Assembly (NCBI GenBank): GCA_964188305.1
Contig: OZ076901.1
Reading direction: 5' to 3' (one strand)
Source of the DNA: Podarcis bocagei
Taxonomy: Eukaryota
DNA: 64,000 nucleotides
Below are positions 28,401 to 37,400 of this stretch, piece by piece. Made by a program: the position numbers and the translations under genes. Position 1 is the stretch's first letter, and each line of letters begins with the position of its first letter. The notes under the pieces were generated by a model that saw nothing but the letters and a program-made list of their open reading frames with translations, ran no database searches and was not told the DNA's origin.

Positions 28401-31400
28401 TTGTGATGGAGGAGGGAAGTTCCTTGTATACATTCCTTAATGAGCCAAATCAGTCTGACTGATTTTAGCAGCAATTCCATGGAATTGTTGTACCATCAGA
28501 AAACCAGCCCAGAAAATTTCACAGCAGTTCTAGAAAGAATAACTGGGATATAGTTTGGGGTGTGGCAAAGGAAGAAATGATCCTGACTCCAAACACCTGG
28601 GATCAAACTTTTGAGCACAATCTTTATTCTGGTTACAGACAAGTGGAAGAAAATAGAACATTGCTTGTAGTTTATATACTGATGACTATATTAATGGGAA
28701 TCTGCTCTCTTCTTTGCTAGGTGAATCTAAACTGTTTCGACCCCGAAGACCAAGGTCTAGCAGTGATGCGTTGTCTGCTTCCTTTAATGGGGAGCTCCTG
28801 GGAAACATGAACCGCTGCAATTCCTATGATAACGTGCCACATGACCACGAGAGTGACGGGGATGAGGGGCATATCCACGTCCCAGCCCTCATCTCTCCAA
28901 GGTCAGCAGAAGACGTTGACCTGAGCCCACCTGAGATCGGTGTGGCTAGCCTGGATTTTGATCCCATGTCTTTTCAGTGCAGCCCACCCAAGGCAGAGTC
29001 TGAGTGTCTCGACAGCAGCACCTCCCTGCTGGAGTCAGTGGACTTTAACAAAGATAAGCAAAACACCTTTAAGAAGGAACTAGACTCGGGCAGCCAGTCG
29101 CACACCCCTGGCAGCGCCACCAGCTCAGAACCAGTTTCCCCCTACCAGGAGAAGACCATGAGTCCTTTCTTCACTCTGGACTTGAGCCCAACAGAAGAGA
29201 AACAGTCCAAACCCATAACTTTCTCTGAAAATGTCGCCCATGCCTTCTCCCCCAAGATGGGGCGAAAGCCATTCAAGTCTCCGCCACTGAGTTTGTTGGA
29301 GCCAATCTCCTTCACCATGCCCAGCCACATGCCGGATGTTGTCATCGGAGGGGGAGCAGGGAGTGTAGGTCCTCCAGACTGGGCCAAAGGGATGTCTGGC
29401 ACCAGTGAAGCCACAAGCAGGTCCCCACCCCACCTGGTGGTGTCCCCCTTGAAGGCCACTGAGGGGAGAGCAAACGAAGGATGCCAGCTGGAGTTCCAGA
29501 GTCAAGGAGATGCTAAGAAGCCGGAGCTTCTAGAAGAGGTGGAGCAACCCCTGAACAGCAGCCAGAGTAAGCCTGTACCTTCTGCACAGACACAGCCAGG
29601 TACAGTGTGCTTTCCTCCATTCTTTCTTTAAATTCACAAGCGACCAGCTCTCTCGCTTCTCTGCGTGCCTTTAAAAAGAGAGGGGGGAAAACAATCTGGT
29701 AATAGAAATCCAGAGTGCGTGTCTTCCAGAGCATGTGGAGGTTGCTCGGGTCCTAATAGGAAGCTTTGAAGGAACCCGAAGCTTCTCTGCGGCCTCCTTG
29801 CATCGCAAAAAAAAAATGCTTGAATATTTTATATATCCCTATATCTTTCCACTCTTTCATAACATGAAATCTCTTGCAAATCAATATGCCACCTGATAAA
29901 CTCTTTTATTTTTAACTTTAAAAAAAATAATAAATAATAAATAAATCTGGCTACACTTGAAGAAGGGACCTTTTTTGGCCAAAAGTACCCTGAAATTAAA
30001 TTGTACACAAGATCCCATCAAAAGGTTCTGACCTTTTCTTTCTGCATTATCTGCTGCCTAGCTCTCTAGGAATGCAACAGGAAACTTTAGACAATCTCTT
30101 GCGCTTTTCACGCCGAACTGCTGTCCTGTTTGCATGTATGACAGAAGATGCACTTTGTCACGCCAAGGAGTTGCCACTGTGAAATGTTGGAAGAATCTAT
30201 TTTTTTATAATGGTCTATAGGAATTTCTCGCTCTCCTTACAGGATAAAGTAAATCATTCTCTTCTTTTTGTTTTTCTACTCTTCCTCCCACTAGGAGCAG
30301 TTGCCCTCGACTCCCCCCAGGATCATGTTCCAGTCAATTCGGTCTCTGTTGTCCCTCCTCCTCCTCCTCCGAAAAACGCTGCACGCATTCTAGCCTTAGC
30401 CCTGGCAGAGTCTGCCCAACAAGCCTCTGCTCAGTCCCAGAAGAAGCCAGATGTTCATTCTGACTGTACCGGTGCAGCAGAGACTGAAAGCGGAGGAACT
30501 GTAGAAATGTTCCATCCGTGTTCTGGCATCACTCCAGAAAAGCTCCACCTCTATGCTGCTTTGCCAGAGAACCAGCTCACTTTTCAGGCAGCTGCACTTG
30601 GAGAGCACCACAGAAGTGGGTTACCTGTAGACCAGGCACCTCAAATCAGTGGCATGCCTGAGGGCAGCAATCACTTACATGGCACACCTGGAAATCGGGA
30701 CCATCCCCTCCTCCCTCCTGAAATGTCTGGAGATGTTCACAGTGGCACTAACATGAGCTGGGACCACACCCACTTCCATCCTTGTATGTTGGGAGACAAC
30801 CACCACCTTGCTCATTCTGTTACGCCTGAGGACCAGAAACACCCTCCTCCTCCTCCTCCCCCTCCACCTCATCATCATCATCCCTGTGCAAGAGGAGCAG
30901 TTCAATCAGAACCACCTACAGCAGAGATACCCATGGAGAACCCTCATCTCCACACTTGCCTCCCTTTGGACAAGACCCAAGTTCATGCCAGCAAGCTCCA
31001 CTTTCCTGTCTGCACAGCAGACAAAGCCCAGTTCCCTCCTGTCACTGCTGGGGAGAAAGCAGCTGCAACCGTCCTGGCATACATGATGATAAAGAACCAG
31101 ACAGCAGGAACAGAAACGGATCCTGGAGTAGTCAGCCCAAATATTCCTCCTCAGCCGACCACAGTCACCACCATCAGCAGCAGCACATGGGGAGAAGCAC
31201 CGCTCATGGCTGCTCAGCACGCTCTGGCTGGCAGCCAGCAAGCTCCAGTGCACAGACCAGGGGACCATCAGCCAGCTGTGGGGCAAGCCCCAGCTGCAGC
31301 TACAAAAGCGTCCACTGGATTCAGTCAGGTAAATAATCCACAGGTTCCTGTTCCACCCTCTGCCCAGCCTGGAAGTCTTAGGAGAATAGATTATACCCAT

Positions 31401-34400
31401 CGTGATTAATGGGGAAAACCTTAGGCAAAATCGCTAATCCTCAGCCTTCACCACTGTTTACCTGTCTCTGCTGGCTTTAAAATTTGCTTTCTTCTCCTCA
31501 AAGACAGAAAATGGTTGGATTTGCTCAGCAGGGTGAGATGGGGTTAATAACTTTTTACCAGTTGCCAGTGAAGTTCCTAGACATAGCAAAACTTTGACAA
31601 AGAGGTTTTGGGGAAAGTCAGCCATAGAGAACGTCAGCTTTCAGTCGGTTGATGCTTGGGGTTGTCATAACAAAGGAAGCAGACATGTAGCAGGCAAGCT
31701 CAGCAGCAGGTGGTGGTCTTTCTTTGCCTGCTAGCTGTAATTACTTACAGAGGGGTGGAAGGAAATTTTTTCCTTCCATAGACAACAACTGGTGCCTTTG
31801 GATTGTGATGTGCTTTGAGATAGAGCTTTTCCAGTCTCTAGCTGGTTTCATTTCCTTTGCCATGGTAGTGGTGCAATCCTGTTGAAAGGCAGCAAAGAAT
31901 GTGCAAGCTCTACTTAAGATCCAGATGTGAACTCTTGCTGTGCTTGGGAAGCAGAGAATACTGCACCGGCCAGCCAAGGAGTCATTTGCCCATATTGCCG
32001 GGCTTGTGAAGGAGACCTTGTACCCACTCCCATGAGCCCAGTAAGGAGCAGGGTCAGTGAAGTTGTTCCATTCCAGTTAAAGAAACCAGTTCAGCTTGTC
32101 ACCAAAGTCTGCCTCTGTCCTGCTCAAGAGTGTGCTGAGGTCACAACTAACGCTTGCTGTTCTTTCTCACACCAGGTACGAGGAGAGGCACCTCCTGAGA
32201 AGCTGCCCGAGCCTAGATCAGCTGAGCCAGCCCCCATTTTCGTCACCGAGGGCAGTGCCACGATCCAGTGCACTTCCGCCACCCCTCATGTCACGCTTCA
32301 CCCAGGCCACTTGGAAAAGCCTCGAGAGAATGCCAGGGCCCCCCCACTGCAGCTGAGGTCTGACTCAGTCCCAGCTCAGCCCTCCTATGGATTTACACCT
32401 CCGGTGCCACCCGTGAGGACGATGGAGAGTAAAATTGCAGCAGCCATGCATTCCAACAACATGGACCCCATGAATGCTGCCAGTTACCACTCCTTTGTGG
32501 CTGCATCCACGCTGCCGCCACCCGTGGAGGAAGCTCCGCCCCCACCTCCCCCTCCGAAACACACCTCTCTTCAGTCTGCCTATTTCTCCCACTCCAAGCC
32601 AGAGAGCTCCCCCGAGCCCCCCGTGATGGAGAACTACGTGCATCACAAGCCGACATCCACCCACCAGTACAGGGCTGAAAGCATCCCGCCCCACCTCTAC
32701 CACAGCAAGTCTGAGCAGCACCCTGGCTACCCCTCGCTGTCGGAGACCCCCACGTCCATGGGCCCCAGGTACAACACCTACGCCACTCAAGGGAAGAGCG
32801 TGTCCGTCCATCACACCAAGCCTCGCAGCCGAGTGGAGTACTTGTCCTCCATGAGCCCCACCATGAGGAGCACGAGTTACGTGGAGGAAACGCCCCCCTA
32901 CCCCTCCATCCGGAGAGTGCACTCACTCCATGTCTCTGCTCCCTCAGCCATCCGGTCAGTCCCCATCTCCCGCACCGAGGTGCCTCCTGACGACGAGCCC
33001 TTGTATTGCCCAAGGCCCCTCTACCAATATAAGCCATATCAGCCCCACACAGATTACCATGTCACTCAGCTGCAGCCTTACTTTGAGAACGGACGGGTCC
33101 ATTACCGGTACAGCCCCTATTCAAGCTCCTCCGGCCCCTCCTGCTACTCGGCGGCCGATGGTGGGTTTTATGACCTGGACCCTTACGGCACGATGAGGCT
33201 GAGGCCGCTGCACCCACTCCCGGGCAGAGACTTTGCGTCCTACTCCCGACTGCAGACCAAAAGTTTGTATCGCTGTCCTGGCCTGCCTCCCTACCCCCGA
33301 GGAGGCCTCGCTGGACACCTGGCGGGCAAGGAGCACAGTTTCATTAGCAGGGATGTGCCGCCTGCGCCTGACGCCAAGCCCATGTACGTCTCTTGGGACT
33401 TGGAGGACATGGAGAAGTACCGGATGCAGTCCATTCGCCGAGAGAGCCGCGCACGCCAGAAAGTGAAAGGGCCTGTCATGTCCCAGTACGACAACGTCGC
33501 CCCTCTGCTGCAGGATGAGCTGAGGACTGTGGACGTCGTTCACCTGCGCAGCAAATCCGATCCTGGGAAAACTGGACTCCTCACGGTTGCTGATGGAAAG
33601 GAAGGGAAGTATCCGGGCAAAGTAGTGCCCCCTGAAGGGGAGGAGCGCTATTATGTGCCACATCCAGAACCGGATGTGGACAGAGCCCATTACCACGGAA
33701 CCTATGGGAATGGGCAGTCAGAGAAAGCGTCGCTCCCTCAAAAGCAAAGCAGCCTCAGGAGCAGGAAGCCGCATGAGGCGGGTTGCAATTCGTCTGAGCA
33801 CAGGATGCACCTGCCCCATGAAGCCAGCCACAGGCAGCCACTGGAGTCTAAAAACGGGCCCCCTTATGCTGACTACCGACCAAAGGGCCACCAGGAACCA
33901 CCAGAATCCACCGGGTACCAGCACTCCGGTGGGAAGTACGCCCCAGCCAGCCACGATGCCTTGAGACTGAACCACAAAGAGGTGAAGCTGGCAGAGGACA
34001 GGCCTGATATGGAGAGACATCGGGCCAGGCCGCCTGCCGCTGCTGAGAAACACGCCCGGGACTGCTTTAAAGAGGGCGAGCACTACGGACAGCCCGCAGC
34101 ACCACCCCCTAAGCCGGAACGGAGCCACAGCCTCCGGCTCCAGCACCCCGAGAGCATAGAGCGGGACGCTGCCCTCATCTACCCGTACCAAACCCTTGGC
34201 AAGCGCCAAAGCACTATGACGGTGGTGTCTCAGTATGATAACTTGGAAGACTACCATACCATGCCTCAGCACCAAAGAGGGGGTTATGCTGCAGGAGGGG
34301 GCTTGGTCCCTCCCTTGGCTCATCCACATAGTAGGACTTACGCCACAGCCTTGGGACAGGGAGCATTCCTGCCCACAGAGCTCTGCCTGCAGAGGCCCGA

Positions 34401-34422
34401 GACTGAGATCCATGCAGAGTGA
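7313..34422 (+). CDS. ARHGAP32: ARHGAP32 (Rho GTPase-activating protein 32; PX-RICS/RICS/p250GAP), 5'-partial spliced CDS: join(7313..7462,17676..17778,18750..18894,19627..19709,22282..22389,23881..24026,25524..25725,27601..27746,28290..28364,28721..29599,30295..31328,32176..34422)
   Basis: Twelve exons read by hand, all AG/GT bounded with compatible phases. The translation runs VSKKHGKLITFLRTFMKSRPTKQKLKQRGILKERVFGCDLGEHL...GIYRLSG...WAPNLLRSKQIES...RSKSDP...TYATALGQGAFLP...ETEIHAE*, which I recognise as vertebrate ARHGAP32. Confidence 0.97.
12450..13080 (-). mobile_element. L2 LINE 3' remnant
   Basis: Minus-strand ORF 12615..12803 ends FNVAATTFWNSLPIDIKQEPSLYSFWHLLKTFLFRQAY, the typical L2 ORF2 C-terminal WNSLP...LKT.LF motif. 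Confidence 0.75.
14660..14909. mobile_element. Tc1/mariner (Tigger-like) MITE
   Basis: TA|CAGTCGTATCTTGG ... CCAAGGTACGATTA|TA inverted termini; internal palindrome cttctgattggctg...cagctaatcagaag. Confidence 0.8.
15041..15098 (+). mobile_element. Truncated Tigger-like MITE end (family of 22001/52151) with three ggttacaaac units
   Basis: TA|CACTGGTACCTTGGGTTACA matches the TIR of the 52151 copy. Confidence 0.65.
16700..17250 (+). mobile_element. Heavily decayed Ty3/Gypsy integrase relic
   Basis: Collinear fragments IIVV...KFSKGAH...GLPDTIVS...PQTNG resemble the integrase core ILVVVD.FSK.AH...HGLP..IVSD...YHPQTNG; multiple frameshifts. Confidence 0.5.
17676..17778 (+). CDS. ARHGAP32: ARHGAP32 exon (103 nt): VPQVLKSCTEFIEKHGIVDGIYRLSGIASNIQKLR; catalytic arginine finger (CGT at 17741)
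   Basis: ttttaAG|TCCCT ... CTACG|GTATGA; RhoGAP GIYR.SG motif. Confidence 0.96.
18750..18894 (+). CDS. ARHGAP32: ARHGAP32 exon (145 nt): HEFDSEQIPDLTKDVYIQDIHCVGSLCKLYFRELPNPLLTYQLYEKFS
   Basis: Polypyrimidine-CAG|G ... TCA|GTAAGT; RhoGAP K.YFRELP.PL motif. Confidence 0.97.
19195..19412 (+). mobile_element. Old CORE/Squam3-like tRNA SINE
   Basis: B-box ggttcaaatcccc, core tgggtgaccttgggct, ttgtgagggttaaaatagg, AATAAATA tail. Confidence 0.6.
19627..19709 (+). CDS. ARHGAP32: ARHGAP32 exon (83 nt): DAVSAATDEERLVKIHDVIQQLPPPHYR
   Basis: ttctAG|GAT ... ACAG|GTTTGC; phase 0-2 fits neighbours. Confidence 0.96.
21630..21995 (-). mobile_element. Sauria SINE (Squam1), full length
   Basis: Reverse complement starts GGGACGCAGGTGGCGCTGTGGGT, has B-box GGTTCGAATCC and an (ACCTTT)n tail; CpGs largely intact (young). 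Confidence 0.93.
22001..22224. mobile_element. Tc1/mariner (Tigger-like) MITE
   Basis: GTGGTACCTCAGGTTA ... TAACCCGAGGTACCACTG|TA; same family as 52151-52337 in opposite orientation. Confidence 0.88.
22282..22389 (+). CDS. ARHGAP32: ARHGAP32 exon (108 nt): TLEFLMRHLAHLADYCAITNMHTKNLAIVWAPNLLR
   Basis: ttttccAG|G ... GAG|GTACCT; RhoGAP N.M...NLAIV.APNL motif. Confidence 0.97.
23218..23365 (-). mobile_element. POM/Squam2-type tRNA-derived SINE with CR1-like tail
   Basis: Reverse complement reads agcttagttcgttagagtgtggtgctgataatgccaaggttgcaggtttgatccc + CR1 tail; homologous to the 61710 copy. Confidence 0.85.
23881..24026 (+). CDS. ARHGAP32: ARHGAP32 exon (146 nt): SKQIESACFSGTAAFMEVRIQSVVVEFILNHVDVLFSSKLSSVIRESA; end of RhoGAP domain
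   Basis: ttccttAG|A ... GCAG|GTATGT; lies inside ORF 23672..24205. Confidence 0.96.
25524..25725 (+). CDS. ARHGAP32: ARHGAP32 exon (202 nt): GHSSLSRPKSLLVSSPSTKLLTLEEAQARTQ...GKFHTIIDFPSER
   Basis: ctggcAG|GT ... GAAAG|GTAGAG; KLLTLEEAQAR motif of the ARHGAP30-33 family. Confidence 0.96.
26985..27088 (+). mobile_element. Old CR1 3'UTR remnant
   Basis: ctgggtggccattgtgaaaacagactgctggaatagataggcatttgctctgatccagc...ctctta. Confidence 0.6.
27095..27175. repeat. 39-bp tandem duplication
   Basis: TATTTTTATACCATATTTCTGAAAAAGGYCRTGGTTGTT x2 with two mismatches. Confidence 0.9.
27601..27746 (+). CDS. ARHGAP32: ARHGAP32 exon (146 nt): KRPPSKMKKSPVGSWRSFFNLGKSSSLSKRKLQRNPSEPSEMKAIALA
   Basis: cttcAG|A ... 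GCAG|GTATGT; W.SFFNLG motif. Confidence 0.96.
27928..28176. mobile_element. Non-autonomous hAT (Charlie-like) element with 8-bp TSD
   Basis: TTCTAAGG|CAGTGGTCAGCAACCT ... AGGTTGCCTACGCCTG|TTCTAAGG. Confidence 0.9.
28290..28364 (+). CDS. ARHGAP32: ARHGAP32 exon (75 nt): GGRGDSGTLRSAKSEESLSSLHAID
   Basis: atccAG|GA ... GATG|GTAAGA; TLRSAKSEESL motif. Confidence 0.95.
28721..29599 (+). CDS. ARHGAP32: ARHGAP32 exon (879 nt): GESKLFRPRRPRSSSDALSASFNG...SAQTQP
   Basis: ttgctAG|GT ... CCAG|GTACAG; ORF 28714..29631. Confidence 0.95.
30295..31328 (+). CDS. ARHGAP32: ARHGAP32 penultimate exon (1034 nt; alternative in-frame donor at 31343): GAVALDSPQD...PPPPPPKNAARILALALAESAQQAS...TGFSQ
   Basis: cccactAG|GA ... 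CAG|GTAAAT; PPPPPKN.AR.LALALAESAQ motif. The 3' boundary is less certain (two candidate donors). Confidence 0.9.
30843..30884 (+). repeat. Coding (CCT)n/(CAT)n microsatellite encoding P9-H4-P
   Basis: cctcctcctcctcctccccctccacctcatcatcatcatccc in the penultimate exon. Confidence 0.9.
32176..34422 (+). CDS. ARHGAP32: ARHGAP32 terminal coding exon: VRGEAPPEKLPEPR...RSKSDP...ETEIHAE*
   Basis: ctcacaccAG|GTA phase 0; ORF 31927..34422; TGA at 34420-34422. Confidence 0.96.
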   Translation, partial: VRGEAPPEKLPEPRSAEPAPIFVTEGSATIQCTSATPHVTLHPGHLEKPRENARAPPLQLRSDSVPAQPSYGFTPPVPPVRTMESKIAAAMHSNNMDPMNAASYHSFVAASTLPPPVEEAPPPPPPPKHTSLQSAYFSHSKPESSPEPPVMENYVHHKPTSTHQYRAESIPPHLYHSKSEQHPGYPSLSETPTSMGPRYNTYATQGKSVSVHHTKPRSRVEYLSSMSPTMRSTSYVEETPPYPSIRRVHSLHVSAPSAIRSVPISRTEVPPDDEPLYCPRPLYQYKPYQPHTDYHVTQLQPYFENGRVHYRYSPYSSSSGPSCYSAADGGFYDLDPYGTMRLRPLHPLPGRDFASYSRLQTKSLYRCPGLPPYPRGGLAGHLAGKEHSFISRDVPPAPDAKPMYVSWDLEDMEKYRMQSIRRESRARQKVKGPVMSQYDNVAPLLQDELRTVDVVHLRSKSDPGKTGLLTVADGKEGKYPGKVVPPEGEERYYVPHPEPDVDRAHYHGTYGNGQSEKASLPQKQSSLRSRKPHEAGCNSSEHRMHLPHEASHRQPLESKNGPPYADYRPKGHQEPPESTGYQHSGGKYAPASHDALRLNHKEVKLAEDRPDMERHRARPPAAAEKHARDCFKEGEHYGQPAAPPPKPERSHSLRLQHPESIERDAALIYPYQTLGKRQSTMTVVSQYDNLEDYHTMPQHQRGGYAAGGGLVPPLAHPHSRTYATALGQGAFLPTELCLQRPETEIHAE

Positions 34423-37400
34423 GCTCCGGGGCAGAAGGTATAGAGTGTAAGCAGCCTCTGCTGGACAGTGGACTGGTTTATTTTTTCAGTGATACACACA
34501 CACAAAGTACCCCATCGAAGCAACTCCCTTTCCATTAGCGCCCCTCAGCTCCCTCCCCTCCAGCCCCCATGCCGCTTACTGTTTTTTATATCGTAAATGT
34601 ATAGTTTTATCTCACATGGTCTAAAAAGTAGGTTGCAGCAGTCTTGCAGGCTTTTGTTAACCTCGAAGACAAAATCAGTCTCCAGGCAGCGCAGAAACAG
34701 AGATTGAGATTCAGGGGTCATGCTGTAAATGGTTCTCACTTTCCTTAGATTTTGAACAGTGGCATTTCCCATAGCTTTGACACTTTGCTTCAGAGCCCTG
34801 TGCATGATGTATGTATTGATAGGATGATGCAGACATTTCTTCTCCAGGTAAACTTCCCTTGTATGTGATCACTAGAGAGAGATTTATTGAATGGCAAGAT
34901 TTAGTAAATATTTTAATGTGGTTCTTTTAGGCTTAATGCACCAAACTCTGGGAAAAGACTATTTCACATTATTTCTTCCCTTCTGCAATCCCAGATTTTA
35001 TTTTATTTTTAAAGCAATGGTACCTTTCTGCTTAAAATGTTCTTCCAGTGCTTCTTAGACCCAACCTAATAAGAAATATGTCCATTGATAGCAGTAAGAT
35101 GTGACCCTACTGGTAGCTGGGAAAGAGGTGTTGCCCAGGTAAATTCTTTTTTCTTAAAAGGTAAAGGTAAAAAAACACATAAGAAACTACTTCATCAAAT
35201 ATTGAGAAATCCAGGGTGGGGGTCTGGGGAGAGAGAAACTCAGCATTGATATTGTTGTAAATGGTGCTTTGGTTTGATAAGCGAGAGCTGCATTTCTTAG
35301 CTTCTTACAGCAAGTGCGTTTCCTATAGCAGACCCTTTCTGCTGGGTGAAGTGGCAGAAGAGTTGGGCTCTGGCCCACCGCCCAGGAATTTCAACAAGGC
35401 AGGCCTGCGAGAGATAAACTGTTTAACCTCCCTGCTACATATCATTCCATCATCAGTTAACAAAGTAAATCTGTAGTTCTGCCTGGTGGTTCCCTGGTCA
35501 TTGCTGGTTCTCTATGAGTCATGACAAAGGCCTGGGCATGTAAGTGTGGATTTAGTGACCAAGTCCTCCACCATATGCACCTCCCTCATCATGTCAGTAA
35601 GGCAAACCACTCTGTGAATTTAGACTGCTGATTCTCCACACGCTGCCGTTGATGCATCAGTGCATTGTTATCTCCCATGTTTTGTTTTGTTTTTTAAAAA
35701 AGATCCCCGTGGAAGCAAGATAGCGTTTTAGTTTGCTTTTCTAGTGAAGTTATATGAATATGCAGTGCTTTTAAAATGTGTTGTCCTTGCTGGAACAGGA
35801 ACCAATAGATGCCTCAGGATTCCCACTTCACCTTGTAAGAGTCAGAGCAATGAAGGCTCTTGCCGTGCAGCCACCATGGAAACATGTGACATTCCAGCAG
35901 ACAAGGCGCCGTGGGTTTTGCTTGGTTTCACGACCTTGAAATGAGATGCAGAATGTCCAGAGCCCAGCCCAAGGTGCAGTGTGTTTTCTTGTTCTTGAAC
36001 GACGAAGCTCTGTAGCAGGGCTGAAGTCCAGAAGAAGTATCCAGCTGGGGCATCTCTCTGTCCTAGGCCCTTTCCGCTAGCACCAGAAGAAAGGAATTGG
36101 ATCAAACCACCTTGGAACTGAAGTTTTTGTTCAACAGCATTCCATCTTTAAAATGATAAGAGAAATATTTTACAGGGCACAAAGCACTTCTCAAAGACAG
36201 CTTGTCATTTTGTTCTTTGGATTTCCCAATTTTGTCTGGGGTTGTTACAATAAGAATAGCTTGTCTCTCTTGGTTTTGATTATTTTCATGATTTGGTAAT
36301 TCTTATTTTAGGGGCATTGCTCCTGACTGTGTTAAATATAAATTTAGTGGCCAGAAAACTCACTGTGAACCAGGTTTACCTCAGCCTCCGCCCCCTGCCC
36401 TGGTAAGGAAGTTAAACATTTTTTGTTTTGCAGTTGAAAGGAAAAATCTCTAAATAGGACCATTCCAGTTTGGCAGTTGTATGGAGCAAGCTTGCTTTGC
36501 TTTCTACAAGCGATCAAATTAGCTGTCCTCCTTTGTGCAGAGTAGCAGAAGAAGCCTTACCGTGGCCTGCACAGACTTCCCCCGAAGTCCATTTGATTTT
36601 GGCATCCAGCCATGTTAAGTTCTTCATCCTCTTGCAATGGCTGTGTTGCTCTCTATTGAGGTTCTGTCCAGAGTTCCAGCAGGCACATCCCATTATGTTG
36701 AGAATATTTTGAGGTTCAGGTAGCGAGGGCTACAGGACAAGCCTCTGTCTTCATGAAAGCCTTAATTTTCCTTGTATCCTCTCCATATATCAGCCTTACA
36801 TTATCTGCCCTCCAGGTAAGATCAGGACCAAGCCAACTTCCTGTAAATCACAATACATTGTGGCAGCCCTAAGCAAACACTAAAATTTCCCTCAGCTCAC
36901 AAATCTCATCCCCCTGTAGAGATAAAGTGCCCACACAGGCCAGATTTTGAATTCTACCACTTTCTGTAATTCCCATAACAGTACTTAAACAGCATACGAG
37001 TCCCCTTAGCCAGACCATTTTGTCAGAGCAGTTTCAAAATCATGACATTGAATTTTATCACCCCTCGCTTAATCCACTTCACTTGGCTCTGTTTGTGTCT
37101 AATCACCAACATGACTTGGAGGCTGTTGGTCCAGAAAGTGTTGTGCAGTGGTGTGGCAGTACAGCCTTGAGTGTAAAAGGAAGCGATTAAATTCAGAACT
37201 GTTTCCGAAGCTTGAAGGAGCAGTGACAATCGCCCTCTTTCCCTGTACATTTTTGCCACTTGAGTAGCTGGTACCTTTAAAAAACAAAACAAAACCCTCT
37301 TCCCCTCACCTAAGAAAGCCATAAAATTAACTATGCAGTCCTTCTCATGTGCTGTGGTTAATTTTGGGACTCTCTAACCATTAGAGAAAAGTCTCTTGCC

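Noticed and set aside
31927-32175. N-terminal extensions of ORF-track entries (31927, 30210, 23672, 25460, 27476)
   Set aside because: Open intronic sequence upstream of the true splice acceptors; not part of the protein.
32365-34413. Long antisense ORFs (185, 214, 191, 231 aa) over the last exon, and 29125-29505 / 30906-31400
   Set aside because: Shadows of a GC-rich, codon-biased sense exon; no recognisable protein or independent splice/promoter signals.
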